The notes under the pieces were generated by a model. That model saw only the letters and a list, made by a program, of their open reading frames with translations, was not told the origin of the DNA and ran no database searches. DNA of 63,770 bases, filler included, from Collodictyon triciliatum (Eukaryota), in the NCBI GenBank assembly GCA_043381765.1. It is 4 parts of 4 records of this genome, joined end to end, with 100 filler letters (N's around TTAATTAATTAA, not from the genome) between each part and the next. Parts side by side here need not be neighbours in the genome. Positions count along the whole stretch, not along the records: positions 18,922 to 37,676 come from JBHJMP010001344.1; 3 more parts are not named here. One strand, 5' to 3'. Positions 22,001-35,636 of this stretch are shown piece by piece (positions within the stretch are counted from its first letter, which is position 1; the number at the start of each line of letters is the position of its first letter). The position numbers and the translations under genes are program-made.

Positions 22001-25000
22001 TGAATGAATATACCCGAGTAACTGGTAAAATGTTGCCGATGTTCAAACAAGTCTTGAAGCCTCACATTGAGGATATTGATAGAAAGCTCATGCCAGGAAT
22101 GACAACATTGACATGGACATCCATGAATATTGATGCTTATCTGCACAGGATACATACTACTTTGGCCAAAGCCGAAGGTAAAAAGCAATTTTTTTTAATA
22201 TACCTTTCTCAAAGCATAGTTGAGAAATCCAATGGTTATTTACTATTGTGTAGAACTGGTCACAAATATCAATGAAATTATGGAGAGTCGAGTTGAGCGC
22301 AATCTCAAGAGGATGAGTCGGCTGGTGCTCATTGATCTTCAGGAGTCGAAATCATACACACTCAACGAATTTGTTGCTCTACAAGAATCTATTATCCATA
22401 AAAGGTTTTCTAAGTTTTATTTACACATTCTCACTCTCAATAAATCTGACTTGAAAGTATGGGAGCGATTTTGACGCCAATCTTTTGATAACCTAGGGTT
22501 GAAGTGATGATATCCCGGAACAATGAAGTTAAAACTGCTATGGATGACATAATCAAATTGATAACCTCATATCGGTTCGACACAACAAATACCGGAGAAG
22601 GGACTGACCCCCACGAAGTCATCGCTTTGAGAGACCACTATGCCAAGTTGATGTATCTTGCCATTCTTAATTGTATCAGGTAATCTCAACTTGCCCTGCA
22701 ATTTAATAATTTTGAGCCATACTTATTGGATAACTTTAAATCTAACATGCTGTACTTAATTTTTAATTGAAAAACCTCTAAAATGAGCCACGCCATAGAA
22801 ATTCCCTGTATTCCCTCAAGAAAAGAATTGGCTCTCGTCAGTCAACTGGATTTTTGTTTGTCGAGAGACCCTTTTTTGATGTAGATGTTGAACTAACTAT
22901 TCCTGATGTGAGCATGAACCCCACCATAATCGACATTCAGAATGCCATCAATTCTGTCTCTGTCTCTATCCTAAAATCATCAAGAAATCTTCGTTTGTGG
23001 GGACAGGTGAGATATGATTCTTTTATTTTTTTATCCCAGATTGGTACACACAGATATTTTTTCATTTTCTTTACATTTTCTGCATTTCCTTCCTTGTTTA
23101 TCACAAAGTCGTTTATATTTCTTCTTTTTTCCTTCGTTTCTAAAACAGCCTATACCTGGTGTGTCTCATTTGGACACATTCTACGATCTCATTGCCCGCG
23201 ACAAAGCTGTCGTACGTATGATATTGCTCTTGACAGGAAGGTAGTTTTTATCATATGCACTATCGCTCTAGCGTTGTGTTAATCTTGGATAGTTGCTTCT
23301 TTACAAACAATTACGACAATAACACACTGTGTTCTAACAAACAAACAAACAAACAAACAAACAAACAAACAAACAAACAAACAAACAAACAAACAAACAA
23401 ACAAACAAACAAACAAACAAACAAACAAACAAACAAATCTTCACTACTCTATCGTAGCATCGAAGGGCTGAAAATCCAGGTCACCGATTTCCTCAACTCA
23501 TTCCAGCAGTATAGCTATCTTTGGAAAGAAGATATGCAGTTGGCCTATCTGGACTTTGTTCAGAACAGCCCAACACTAGATGCATTTGAGGCTGAGATGA
23601 GAAAATATTTAGGGGTTGAGCAACAAGTATCCCAGATATCGCCTATGCACGTGATTGGCGCCCTTTCACTGCACACGCAATCGCTAAAGTATTCCCTAAA
23701 AGCAGAGGCAGCCAGTTGGAAGTCTCAATACGCAAAGAATTTGCACAAACAAGCTCACGATGATTTGACTCAAGTTGTGCGATATATTGATTCATCATTC
23801 CAGCAACTCAGAAGGGAAATCAAAGATCTAGAAGACCTCCGTTTCATAATGAAAAAGCTGCAAGAAATTCGGGAGAAAGAGGCGGAGGTTGATCTATTCC
23901 TTTCTCCTGTTGAGGACATGTACACCCTTTTGTCCCGCTATGAGGTTCGCGTTCCAAAAGAAGAGAGCGAGCTGGTTGTCGAACTTCGTCCTCGCTGGAA
24001 GGCGCTTAAACAAGAATCAATCTACATCCAAGAGCAAGTACAGCAACTCCAAATCTCATTCAAGCGAGAACTGATAAGGAGTGTCAAGGCCTTTCAGGTT
24101 GATGTCATCCAATTTCGGAACGATTACGATGCCAACGGCCCATCTGCCGTGGGGTTGAAATATCAAGAAGCTATCGAACGACTCAAGTTTTTCCAAAGAA
24201 TGTACGACGAAAGGCATAGAAAATGGGAAACATACACTGCTGGAGAGGAGCTATTCGGGCTTCCAATCACTGACTATCCTGAGCTTACTCGAACGCGCAA
24301 AGAGCTGAAAGTCCTTCACACTGTATACGACCTACTCACCGACTTACTGGGATGGATCACTGCATGGGGTCAAACTACATGGAAAGATATCGATATAGAT
24401 GCCATATCACAAAAAGTAGAAGAATGCCGCACACAGGCCAAAAATTTCCCGAAACAAGTCCGCGATTGGGATGCGACAAAGGAAGTTCATAAGATAATTG
24501 GCCAATATACCGAACTTTTACCTATTCTGAAAAAATTATCGCAACCTAGCATTCGTTCGAGGCACTGGACCCAAATACTTCAAATAAATGACAAATCCTT
24601 CCGACAAGATTATGAATCAATGACTTTTGGAACCATAATCAGCTGTGACCCTATCACCCACAAAGAAGAGATCGATGAAGTGATTAAAGGTGCGGAGAAC
24701 GAACAGGTTATGGAGATAAAAATACGAAAGATAGAGGAAGAGTGGGCTGACCAAGTATTCACTTTTTCCTCATTCAAGAATAGGGGCCCTATCCTTCTGA
24801 AATCAAAAGAGACGTCTGACATCCTGAATCTACTGGACGAGAGTCAGATGTCCCTTGGAACTATGATGACATCTCGATACATCGCCCCGTTTAAAGAGAT
24901 AGTGACTTCATGGATGGTCAAGCTTTCGGGGGTTTCTGAAAGCATCGAGCAGTTGTTGCTGGTTCAATCGATGTGGAGTTATTTGGAGGCGGTTTTTACC

Positions 25001-28000
25001 TCTGGAGATATCTCTCGACAATTACCCCAGGAATCAAAACGATTCGTAAATATCGACAAGAACTGGGTAAAACTTATGAATAAGATATTTGAAACGCGCA
25101 ACGTAATTCATGCATGTGCTACGAATGATTCCTTAAGATCGCTCCTGCCTCACCTTCTCGAGCAGCTAGAATTGTGTCAGAAAAGTCTTTCTGAGTATCT
25201 TGAGATCAAAAGAATCGCTTTTCCTCGATTCTACTTTGTATCTGACCCTAATCTACTTGAAATCTTGAGCCAAGGCACAGACCCCAATAACATACAAAAT
25301 CATTTTCAATATCTCTTTGATAACATCCAATTCATGAATATTCATCCCACACTGGACAAAGCTGGTAACAGGCCTATCTTTGGGTTGACATCCTTTGAAG
25401 GGGAAATATTGAACTTCCCTGAAAAATTGATTCCCGAAGGAAGAGTTGAGGATTACCTAATCCGAATTGAGGATGAAATTCGAAAGGCCATTCGCATCCA
25501 AGTAAGAGATGTTGCCCGTAACTACCCCAGCCTCTCTGTTCAGGAGATCGTCGAAAAGTATATTGGCCAAGTCGGGATAATAGCACTTCAGCTGATATGG
25601 TCGACTGAAACATTAAGCGCAATTATTCGGTCAAAAACAGAAAAAAACATCCTTACGACAGCGTTCAAAAAATGTACCAATATATTATCTGAACTCACAA
25701 GCATGATGTGGAGGGAATCGAGCTCCTTTATGAAGGCAAAGCTGGAAGGATTATCCATCGTGCAATTTCACCAGAGAGATTGCTTCGAGGAGCTCATCAA
25801 GCGCAAGGTTAAGGAGGGGACTGATTTTGATTGGTTGAAACAGTTCAAGATGGCTTGGAAAGGCGATATGGAAAGATTAGAGGCGCAGATTCTCGATCAA
25901 GAAATTCCCTATTGCCACGAGTACGTTGGATGCAGGGAGCGTCTGGTCAATACCCCCCTTACCGATCGCTGCTATATTGCATTAACACAAGCAATCGGCT
26001 CATACATGGGAGGCGCGCCGACAGGTCCGTCCGGTACTGGTAAAACAGAGGGCGTAAAGGACCTTGCCAGAAGTCTTGGTAAATTCTTTGTCGTGTTCAA
26101 TTGTTCCGAGAGCATGGAGCCCAAGTCATTCTCAAAGTTACTCAAAGGTGTTTGTCGCAGTGGCGCATGGGTTATATTGGATGAATTCAATCGTGTTGAA
26201 CTTCAGGTGCTCTCCGTATTTGCTCAATTGTTGCACTCACTCTTCTCTTCTCTGCGTGAAAAGAAATCATCATGCATCTTCCCGGATGGTACAACTATTA
26301 AGCCCGACCCACGCTTAGGAGTCTTTATTACGATGAATCCAGTTTACGTATCAAGAAATGAGCTTCCTGAAAACATGAAGGCACTCTTCCGCCCTGTTGC
26401 AATAATAGCTCCTGATAAATACACTATTATTCGCACTCGTCTGGCCACTTCCGGGTTCCAGGACCATGTGAACTTGGCAAAGAAATTTCAGACACTATAC
26501 TACCTATGCGAACAGCAGCTCCCTAGAAATGCGTATGACTTTGGACTGAGGAATATTCTGTACATCCTACGCATAATTAGCTCGACAAGAAAGTCGGCCA
26601 TGACTCCCAGCCAGGAGGCAACCATTATATATCGCATCATACGAGACAGCAACTTGACGCGCTTGTCTCCAGACGATATTCCGATGTTCTTGTCCCTACT
26701 CGGAGACATATTTCCGTCTCTTCGACTTGACAGAATACCCAACGAAAAGATGGAGCAATCTCTTAAGAGACAAATTCTCGATTCAGGTCTCATACCTTCG
26801 CCTGAGTGGATAGAAAAAATCACTCAGATTTATGAAATTGCAAGTACTCGGTGCGGGGTTGCAGTCATTGGTCCCACTATCAGTGGAAAGTCGCGCGGTA
26901 TTGATATGCTACTAAAGTCACTCTCGGAAACAGGAGCTTCACACAAACAAATTAGAGTGAATCCAAAGTCTCTCAGCAACAAAGCACTTTTTGGGGCCGT
27001 TGACCCTACCTCTGGCGATTGGTCAGACGGAGTTATAACTACAATCTGGCGCAGGGCTCTACGACAGAAATCAAACTACACATGGATTGTTCTGGATGGG
27101 CCTATTGATTCGACATGGGTCGAAAATTTGAACACAGTATTGGACGAGAATAAATTCTTGACTCTATCAAATGGAGAACGACTCCCTTTCCAGAATAACA
27201 TCAATATACTGTTTGAGTCGGAATCGCTAGCTAATGCATCACCTACCACAGTAACCCGACTCGGGGTAGTCTCTCTTAATGAATCGATAATGTCGTGGAA
27301 ATTGCTCGTGGATGCATGGTTCAAAACTAGGAGGCCTATGGAGGTTGCATACCTGTCGCCCTACTTTGAGCTGCATATCGAAAATTTATATACCATTTTG
27401 AAGTCTGGATACACATTCATTCTACCCCTGCCATTGCCCTCATTGGTGCTAAATCTTCTATCGCTCTTGACATCTTTACTTCCCGAGACAGTTGAAACCG
27501 AATCTGTCAATGAGTTCTACTACGAGAAACTTTTCTTTTTCGCCTTGATTTGGTCCATAGGGGCAAGTGTTGACCAGGATGGTAGGATTCGTGTGGATAA
27601 GTATATCAGACAGGTCTGTGAAAACATACCGCAAACGGCATCAGAGGAGACTGTTTATGATTTTTATGTTGACGAAAATTCCAACGATTGGGAGTCGTGG
27701 AGCACAAAACTGGCGCCTCAATCAGTCTCTGAAGGGGATGCTTTCAGCTTCCATGAGATTTACATTCCAGTACCTGAAACAGCTCGTGTAACTTATATTT
27801 TGGAAGCGTACATGAAGAGAGGAAGAAGCGTGGGCATTATCGGCCCAACCGGAGCGGGCAAGACATCCCTTGTGAATCATTATTTTCGAAAGGTAGGTGA
27901 CGAGGATAGAATTTCGAAGGTCCTGCACTTTTCTAGCTCCATCAACCCTGTGAAATTCCAGAAATATTTAGAGTCATTTACAGAGAAGAGGCAAGGCAGG

Positions 28001-31000
28001 ACCTACGGCCCTATTGGAGGGAAGTCGATGGTTCTTTTGATTGAAGATGTTAATGTTTCCCAACCATTGATGAAGTACGGAGGCGATGAAAGAAATAATC
28101 CAGAGCAAGAGTGTGTTCTTGGAGATGACGATGTCATGGAAACATTAAGACAGTTGCTTGAAGATGAAGGATTGTTCAGCCTGGAACGCATGGGCGATTT
28201 TAAAAGCTTTGTTGACATCAATTACATCGCCACATTGAACCCATCTGGAAACGGGAGATATGATGTCTCAGCACGACTCAAACACCATTTAGCCATAGTG
28301 TCGATGAATGGAATGTCCCATAACACTATTGAAAATATCTATCTGAACATCACCAAACTATGGCTATCAAGTAGGTGCATATCAAAAGACATGCATAACA
28401 TAGCTTCAAGGTTGCCAAAAGCGACTATCGTGCTGATAGACAAAGTGCGAAGCAAATTACATCAAGCCGATGGTCGCTTCCATTATCAATTTAACATGCA
28501 TGATATCGCAAAGATTTTCACTGGAATCACTCAATGCACAAGTGCAGTCTTCAAGGAAACCCCATTCGTGAATTTACTCGATCTGTGGGTTCATGAATGC
28601 TCTCGAGTTATTCAGGATCGATTGATAGCACTAGAAGAACGAGAATGGGTACGCTCCACGATTAAGGCGATCTCATCAGAGCACATTGACCGCTTGTTCA
28701 CGTCAGAACTAAAATACCCCCACTTTTATCATGAAGCGCACACTTCACCTGAGTCTTCCACCAGACCAACGTCATCAGAGCAAAAAATTCAGTCAGATTT
28801 TCCTTCATCATCCTCTTCTGCTCAGCTGAATCGTGCACATCAGCGGTTTGAAAGTCAGGGTGATGCGATGTATCAGCCCATCAAAGAGTTGCCAAGTTTG
28901 GCGCAGAAATTCGAAACACTGGGAAACAAATTCTGCGAGGACGAAAGTGATCCAATTCTTCCAAAAGTGTTGTTTGAAGGAACTATTGAACTGCTCATTC
29001 GCATATCCCGCATCTTGAACACACCTCGTGGCTGCATGCTACTGGTAGGGGTTGGAGGTTCAGGGAAAAGGTTATTATCCCATTTCACCTCCTTCATCTC
29101 CGGACATGAAACTCTGATTGTACCCAGTTTAAAATCTTACAACATCGATTCATTCTACCTTGACATAAAAAAGTCATTCAAGAAAGCCGGACTACAAGGG
29201 AAGAATGTTACTATAATTGTGCCTGATTCACTCGCAAACGACTCGGTGATTATGGAAGCCTTGAATTCGTTCATCGGGTGTGGAGAGCTACCAAACCTAT
29301 TTTCCAAGGAAGAATTAGATACTATATTGAATGATATGAGACCACTTGCCAAGAAATCCAAGCCCGGCTTCATAGACACATGGGATAACCTATACAAATT
29401 CTTTATCAGCAGAGCCAGAGAAAGAATTCATACGATAATTTGTTTGTCTCCAGTTTTTGATGGCCTCTCAAGGATTCTAAAAAGCTACCCAAGCTTGTTG
29501 GTGCACTGCCAAATGGATTGTTTCACGATATGGCCTCATGTGGCCTATGACAATGTGGCATTCAAATTGCTACGAACAATGTCCTTAGATACAAGCGCGT
29601 TGCTTTTGAAGGAAATGTCCGAGTATATTGGTAGAACGCATAACATTATAGAGAAAATCACCGTGGAGTATGCATCACGCCACCGACGAAAAGTATCTAT
29701 CACATCCAAAAATTACATGAATTTCATCAGTTTATTCCAGAAAATATACTTTGAAAGGGTAAAAGAAATAGACTCTCAATACGAACGAACAAAGGCTGGC
29801 CTTGATAAGCTCAATCAGGCTGAGTTGGATGTGGAGAGAATGAAGCAAGAGCTTCAGTCGAAAGAGGTCTCCCTTCAAGAGGCTCAAAAAATATCAACAT
29901 CAATTTTATCTCACATTACAGAAAAGACTGCGAAAGCAGAAAAAAAGAAAGGTGAAGTGATGCTTGTCAAGAATGAGCTCGCTGCCGAGGCCCAGAGAAT
30001 ACAGGATGAGAGGGCAATATGCGAAAACGACCTCCTTCTCGCTAAACCAGCGTTGGATGACGCAGTTCAAGCAGTGCGCTCCATCCAGTCAAAAGATATC
30101 CAAAGTCTGAAAGCTATGAAAAATCCTCCTGAATTGATTCGTCGCATATTCGATGGGGTCTTGATTCTTTTCCGGTGCCCCATGGTCCCGATTGAATGGG
30201 TTGAGGTCAAGGGAAGACTTCTCATTAGAGATTCGTATGCAAACTCTGTCTCCTTGATAAACGATGTTGGATTCTTGACAAATATAATGTCTTATCCAAA
30301 GGACCAAATTAATGACGAACAAATTGAGCTCCTGGAACCATATCTTTCTATGGAAGATTTCAATTTTACCGAAGCAAGGAAGGTTTATGGGAGCGTGGCT
30401 GGACTATGCAAATGGATTCGAGCTTTGACGACATACCACGAACAGGTTATTTTGGTGAAGCCGAAGATGGATGCATTGTTTTTGGCTGAAGAAAAAGTCA
30501 AGAGCGCAAACCAGAACTTGGAACGCGCTTTGATGGAATTGGAAGCCAGTCAAAATGAGCTGGATAGTATGCAGGCTGAATTCGATGCGGCTATGGCTGA
30601 AAAACAAAAAATCCAGTCCTTTGCCGACATCACTAGGCAAAAGATATCGGACGTCAACGACCTTGTTCTTGGCTTACTTGAGGAGAAAAATCGATGGGCA
30701 AGTTATTCGCAACAGTTTGAAGAAAGAAAGACGAGATTACTCGGCGACTGTCTGGTAGCTGCAGCCTTTGTAAATTATGCAGGTCCTTTCAATCAGGAAT
30801 ATCGTGATATCATCTTGAAGCAACACATACTGAAAGAGTGCCAAGACAGAAAAATACCCATCTCAGACGGCTTTGACATTGCACAATTCCTGACAACAAA
30901 ATCAACTATAAGAACTTGGATATTACACGGCCTTCCCAATGATGAGCAGTCCATTCAGAACGCTATCATATCTTTGCATTCTATCACCCCGACTCTCTTT

Positions 31001-34000
31001 GTCGATCCCCAGGGACAGGGCTTAAAGTGGCTGAAAGGGGAGAACGCGGCAGTCCTCCCCAAAATATATTCTCTGACAGATAAAGGACTTATGAACGGAA
31101 TAGAAGAGTCTCTGACCTTAGGAAAGAAGTTGATATTGGAAAATATCGGTGACGAGATAGATTCGCTCATTAGTGGGATGCTGGACATTTCAGTCATGAA
31201 GAGCACTAGGGATGGATACAGCGTTGTATTCGAAAACAAGGAGGTTGAGTTTAACGAGGGGTTCAAGCTCCACTTGGTTACAAGAGCCTCAAACCCTGTT
31301 TTCTCCGCTGATATCTACTCCAAAGCGACTGTAATTGATTTCTGTGTGACACCCAAGGGTTTAGAGACGCAGCTCCTGGCTCGTGTTATTCAGAAGGAAC
31401 GTGTGGACCTTGAGGAAAAGCGCATACAGTTGCTCGAGGAGGTGCACACATATCGCCAGAAGATGGAAGAGATGGAAGAGGATATGTTGCTTCGGTTATC
31501 CGCTTCGAAAGGAAATCTATTAGACGATACCACGCTTGTAGAGTCTCTCTCAAAAATCAAGAGGGCATCCCACGAGCTGAAGGAAAAGCTGGATGTTGCT
31601 GCAAACACAGAGAGGAGGATAGAGACGTCAAGAGAGGAGTACCGCGGAATCGCCAGTCGTGGCGCAGTGATATATTTTTTGATCAACGAATTGAGCACAA
31701 TCAATTACATGTACCAGGTTTCTCTAGGGGAGTTTCTAAACATCTTTGACACAAGCATTAAACAGGCCGAAAAAGTGTCTGGCGTCACAAAACGTGTGCA
31801 GAGTATTATTGAGACACTGACCTTCAATGCAAACGTATTTGTCTCACGAGGACTTTTTGAGAACCACAAATTCGTTTGGCTCTTTATGCTGGCAACAAGG
31901 ATTGCTCTTTCGCAAGGAAGTGTTACGCCGACGGAATACGGATGCTTTCTAAAGACCGGTGTAATTCTGTCAAACGATCCCCGCTATAACAGAAGAAAAC
32001 CATTTGATTGGTTGCCTGATGCTACTTGGTTGGGAATCCTCCAGTTAAGCACCCTCCCAAACTTTGATAACTTATCTGAGATGATATCACGCAACGAAGG
32101 GTTTTGGAGAAGCTGGTTTGACCAAGACATCCCAGAGGAGATTCGTATTCCGGAGCTGGAAGACCGTCTGACTCCCTTCCAGAAGCTGCTGTTGGTGCGC
32201 ACTGTGCGAGAGGATAGGACTTTGGCATCTTCTATGGAGTTTGTAAAGCTTACTCTCGGGAAAAAGTATGTAACCAGCAATCTTCTCGACTTTGACGCAG
32301 TTTTGTCTGATTCTGCTGCCAGACGCCCTGTCATCTTGATTGTCACACCCGGAGGAGACCCTTCCATTTTGGTTGCAGAGGCTGCCAAGAAAAAGAAAAT
32401 CGAATATAGTGTATTATCTCTTGGTCAAGGACAGGATGCAACTGCTCGTAAGCTGGTTTCGTCGGAAATGGCGGTTGGAAAATGGGTCTTGCTGCAGAAT
32501 GGATATATCAGCCCAAAGTTTATGCTGGAGGTGGAAACGCTTCTTCAAAAGACACACGAAATTCACCCAGACTTTCGGCTTTTCATCACAACCATACCCT
32601 CGACTAGATTTCCATCCTCTTTACTCCAAATGTCGATCAAAGTGACAAACGAAACGCCTCAAGGGTTGAAGCACGGCTTGCGCAGGACGTACCAGCTTCT
32701 CACTCAAGATATTGTTGATTCGACTTTTAACGCAGAGTGGAGGTCGATTCTGTTTTCGATTTGCTTCCTTCACTCTGTGCTGCAGGAGCGCCGCAAGTTC
32801 GGTGCGATAGGGTTTTCAACAACGTACGAATTTAACCACTCCGACTTGATGGCTTCCCTGCTTTACGCGCGAAACCATCTCGTTGAGATGGAGCAGAAGC
32901 GGGCCCCTGTTTCATGGTCAGCGTTGAAATACACTATCTCCGAAATCCTCTATGGAGGAAAAGTTACGGATGAATACGACAGGCGCCTACTCATGACGTA
33001 CTGTGAGATGTGGCTCAACAAGCGACTCACAGAACCCAATTTTTACTTCTTCTCGCCTGTTTATACTATCCCACGGTTCACCGAGATTGCAAAGATTCGT
33101 GGAGCCATCGACGACTTCCCCAACGCAGACAACCCCGAAATATTTGGTTTGCATCCCAACGCAGATTTGACCTATCGCAACACGCAGGTGCGCTCCATGC
33201 TCAACACGCTTCTCGAAGTTCAACCGAGGGACGCCACAGTCGCTGTCCAGCTGTCCAGCACATCACGCGATGAAGTACTGGCCAAAACAGTGGAAGACTT
33301 GCTTGCAAAAATACCTCCTGATTTCAACATGGAGGACGTGAAGGAAAAGTTTAATAGGAAGCTGGGCGGTCCGAAACCAGTTAACCTGTTTCTGATGCAA
33401 GAAGTCGATCGACTGCAAGCTGTGCTCACACTTGTTCGAGGCCACTTGACGGACCTCAAAGCAGCGTTGATTAGTTCGGACGTGCTCCAGCCCGAGTTGG
33501 CGGATGTGTCCAGCGCTCTATGCGAAGGGAAAATCCCATCCGCTTGGCTGAAAATCTCATGGCCGGCAGCGAGTCTTTCGTCTTGGTTCCTTGGCAGTAT
33601 GCAGAGGATGGAACAACTGGTCACATGGCTCAACACGGGGCGGCCATTGACCGTCTGGCTCGGCGGATTCTTTAACCCGCTCGCATTCTTTACCTCGCTG
33701 AAGCAGGACGCGGTCCGCAAGAGACCAAACTTGGCCATCGAGGATGTTGTGGTTTATGTAGAAGTGCTTTCCAAGGAGAAGGATGATATTCGAGTGCCTC
33801 CTGAAGATGTACATGATTGTTCTCATCTGCTTCTTTGATTCATCCACTTTTGTATATCACAGGCTGTCCTCTTCTGTGCTTTTAATTGTAGTCATATCAA
33901 GTTCCTTTGCCGTTTTTCTTTTTTCCTACCTCCATCAGTGAATATATTCGCATCGGCTATTGCTAGTTATTTACTCGTGTGCATATCATTTCTTCTTCCT

Positions 34001-34438
34001 TATCACTTGTTCTTTTGAATTATTTTATTTTATTTTTTTACGCATTTGCATATATGTATCACTGTTGAGGATTGTATCCTGTCTGCAATATATATTTTAC
34101 AGTTCTGTGCTCATATTGTTGCGTTTCCTTCTCTTTTTGAATTTGTTTAGGGCTACTATATCCACGGACTGTTCTTGGATGGCGCAGCTTGGGAGAAAAA
34201 GGGAAATCGACTTGTTGACCTGCCGCAGAGGACGATATATGCGCCGCTACCGATTGCATACTTGACAACCGTGAACTTTACAGATCTGAAGCGTGAGCAG
34301 ACAAACTATTCGTGCCCGTGTTACAAATCCCCGGCGCGCGGGAGTGCAAACCTGCTCTTGGAAATCGACCTGCGCTGCGATGAAGACCCGTACAAGTGGA
34401 TAATGCGTGGTGTTGCTCTCTTGACGAACACATGCTGA
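19005..34438 (+). CDS. Axonemal dynein heavy chain, outer-arm gamma/DNAH5-DNAH8-like with DHC_N1 tail; N-terminus truncated at scaffold start
   Basis: Tail motifs GPNTELDYWK.R..KFNSI.EQL and RNAPPVAGNIMWARQL; linker FPRFYFVSD; AAA1 GPSGTGKT..DEFNR; AAA2 GPTISGKS, WIVLDGPID..WVENLNTVLD; AAA3 GPTGAGKT; AAA4 LVGVGGSGK; stalk/MTBD; AAA5 DPQGQG..W; AAA6 SLGQGQ, ERRKFG.IG; C-terminal GLFLDGAAW..W..RGVALL. Twelve introns between 19776 and 23457, a 23458-33808 exon, and a last exon at 34151-34438. Confidence 0.96.
23336..23437. repeat. (AAAC)n intronic microsatellite
   Basis: Directly visible; similar tracts at 53459-53558 and 57717-57820. Confidence 0.97.
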
Positions 34439-35000
34439 TGCGCCGTATTCTCATTCAAAGAAGCTGACGCAATACAGGGATAAAGAGAATCGTCATCCTT
34501 GTGGGAAATCCAGTCCTGATTCCTTAATTTTATTCTTCATAATATCACTCGTATATTTTCTTTTCTTTTTTATATTTCTTGAATCATTTTGAACACCTAC
34601 AAAACAAAGACACCAGCTACCATACTGAACAGAACAGCGAAAATACAAACATCAAGAAAATTAATTGATGGCGATGCACTACCAAGTGAACGTCGCATTA
34701 CATACTACGCAAACAAAATGAAATCGAAAGTCGAATAAAAAATAACGAAATCATATTCCATATTTTCGTTCCGTCAACCGCCTGATTGGCCGACACACAT
34801 CTCTTATGTTGCAGTCGGTTGTGTTGTCCTGCATGTGGTCTCTTTCTAATAAAGCCGGTCTAGGATGCCTCGGAAGCCAAAAGTAATCCAACATCCAATT
34901 AGTATATTTGCGATTAATTTTTTCTTTTTTAAAAAAAAAGAATAAGTTGGTACGTCTCCTGTCTCGTCGGGGTGCTGTTTCTTTTCTTCATTTTCCTTTG

Positions 35001-35152
35001 GCAAAAATAAAAGCAAAAATAAAAGCAAAAATAAAAGCAAAAATAAAAGCAAAAATACAAGCAAAAATACAAGCAAAAATACAAGCAAAAATACAAGCAA
35101 AAATACAAGCAAAAATACAAGCAAAAATACAAGCAAAAATACAAGCAAAAAT
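35001..35152. repeat. 12-bp A-rich tandem repeat (GCAAAAATA[A/C]AA)n
   Basis: Directly visible; related A-rich arrays at 36941-37037, 37496-37676, 47558-47731 and 57831-57934. Confidence 0.95.
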
Positions 35153-35636
35153 AAGCACCAGCCATGAGTCACAGATTCATTCATATGATTATTGTTCTAT
35201 TATTCATCTTGTTGATTTATTTATAAAAGAAGATTGGCTTCAAGTATTCGCAAAGTTTTTTTTTCTTTTCGTCCCCCTTCGTGCCAGCCATATCCCAATG
35301 TCTTTCGGAGTTGGAGCTAGAACCTCGAAGAACTTCCAAAATACCTAATATACCAGAAAATAAAGTCAGGAACAAAACATGTAAGGTAGTATCTGATCAC
35401 GAAGCTTGTTAACTTCCGAAGTGTGGCGATGTTAAAAAAAACAACTTTTCTCTGATTGTATGTGCATTCGTTGTTTCCAGTCTGGTGCTGCTTGGGTTGG
35501 GCAAAAACTGCGATTCCTCCTAGAAAATTTATCTAGTTCATGAAAGTAAAAATATGAAGAATAAAAGAACAAAAAAGGAGACACGTTTTTTTCAATCCCT
35601 TTCACAATTAGTGCGCCACTCGTTTCATATGAGCAA

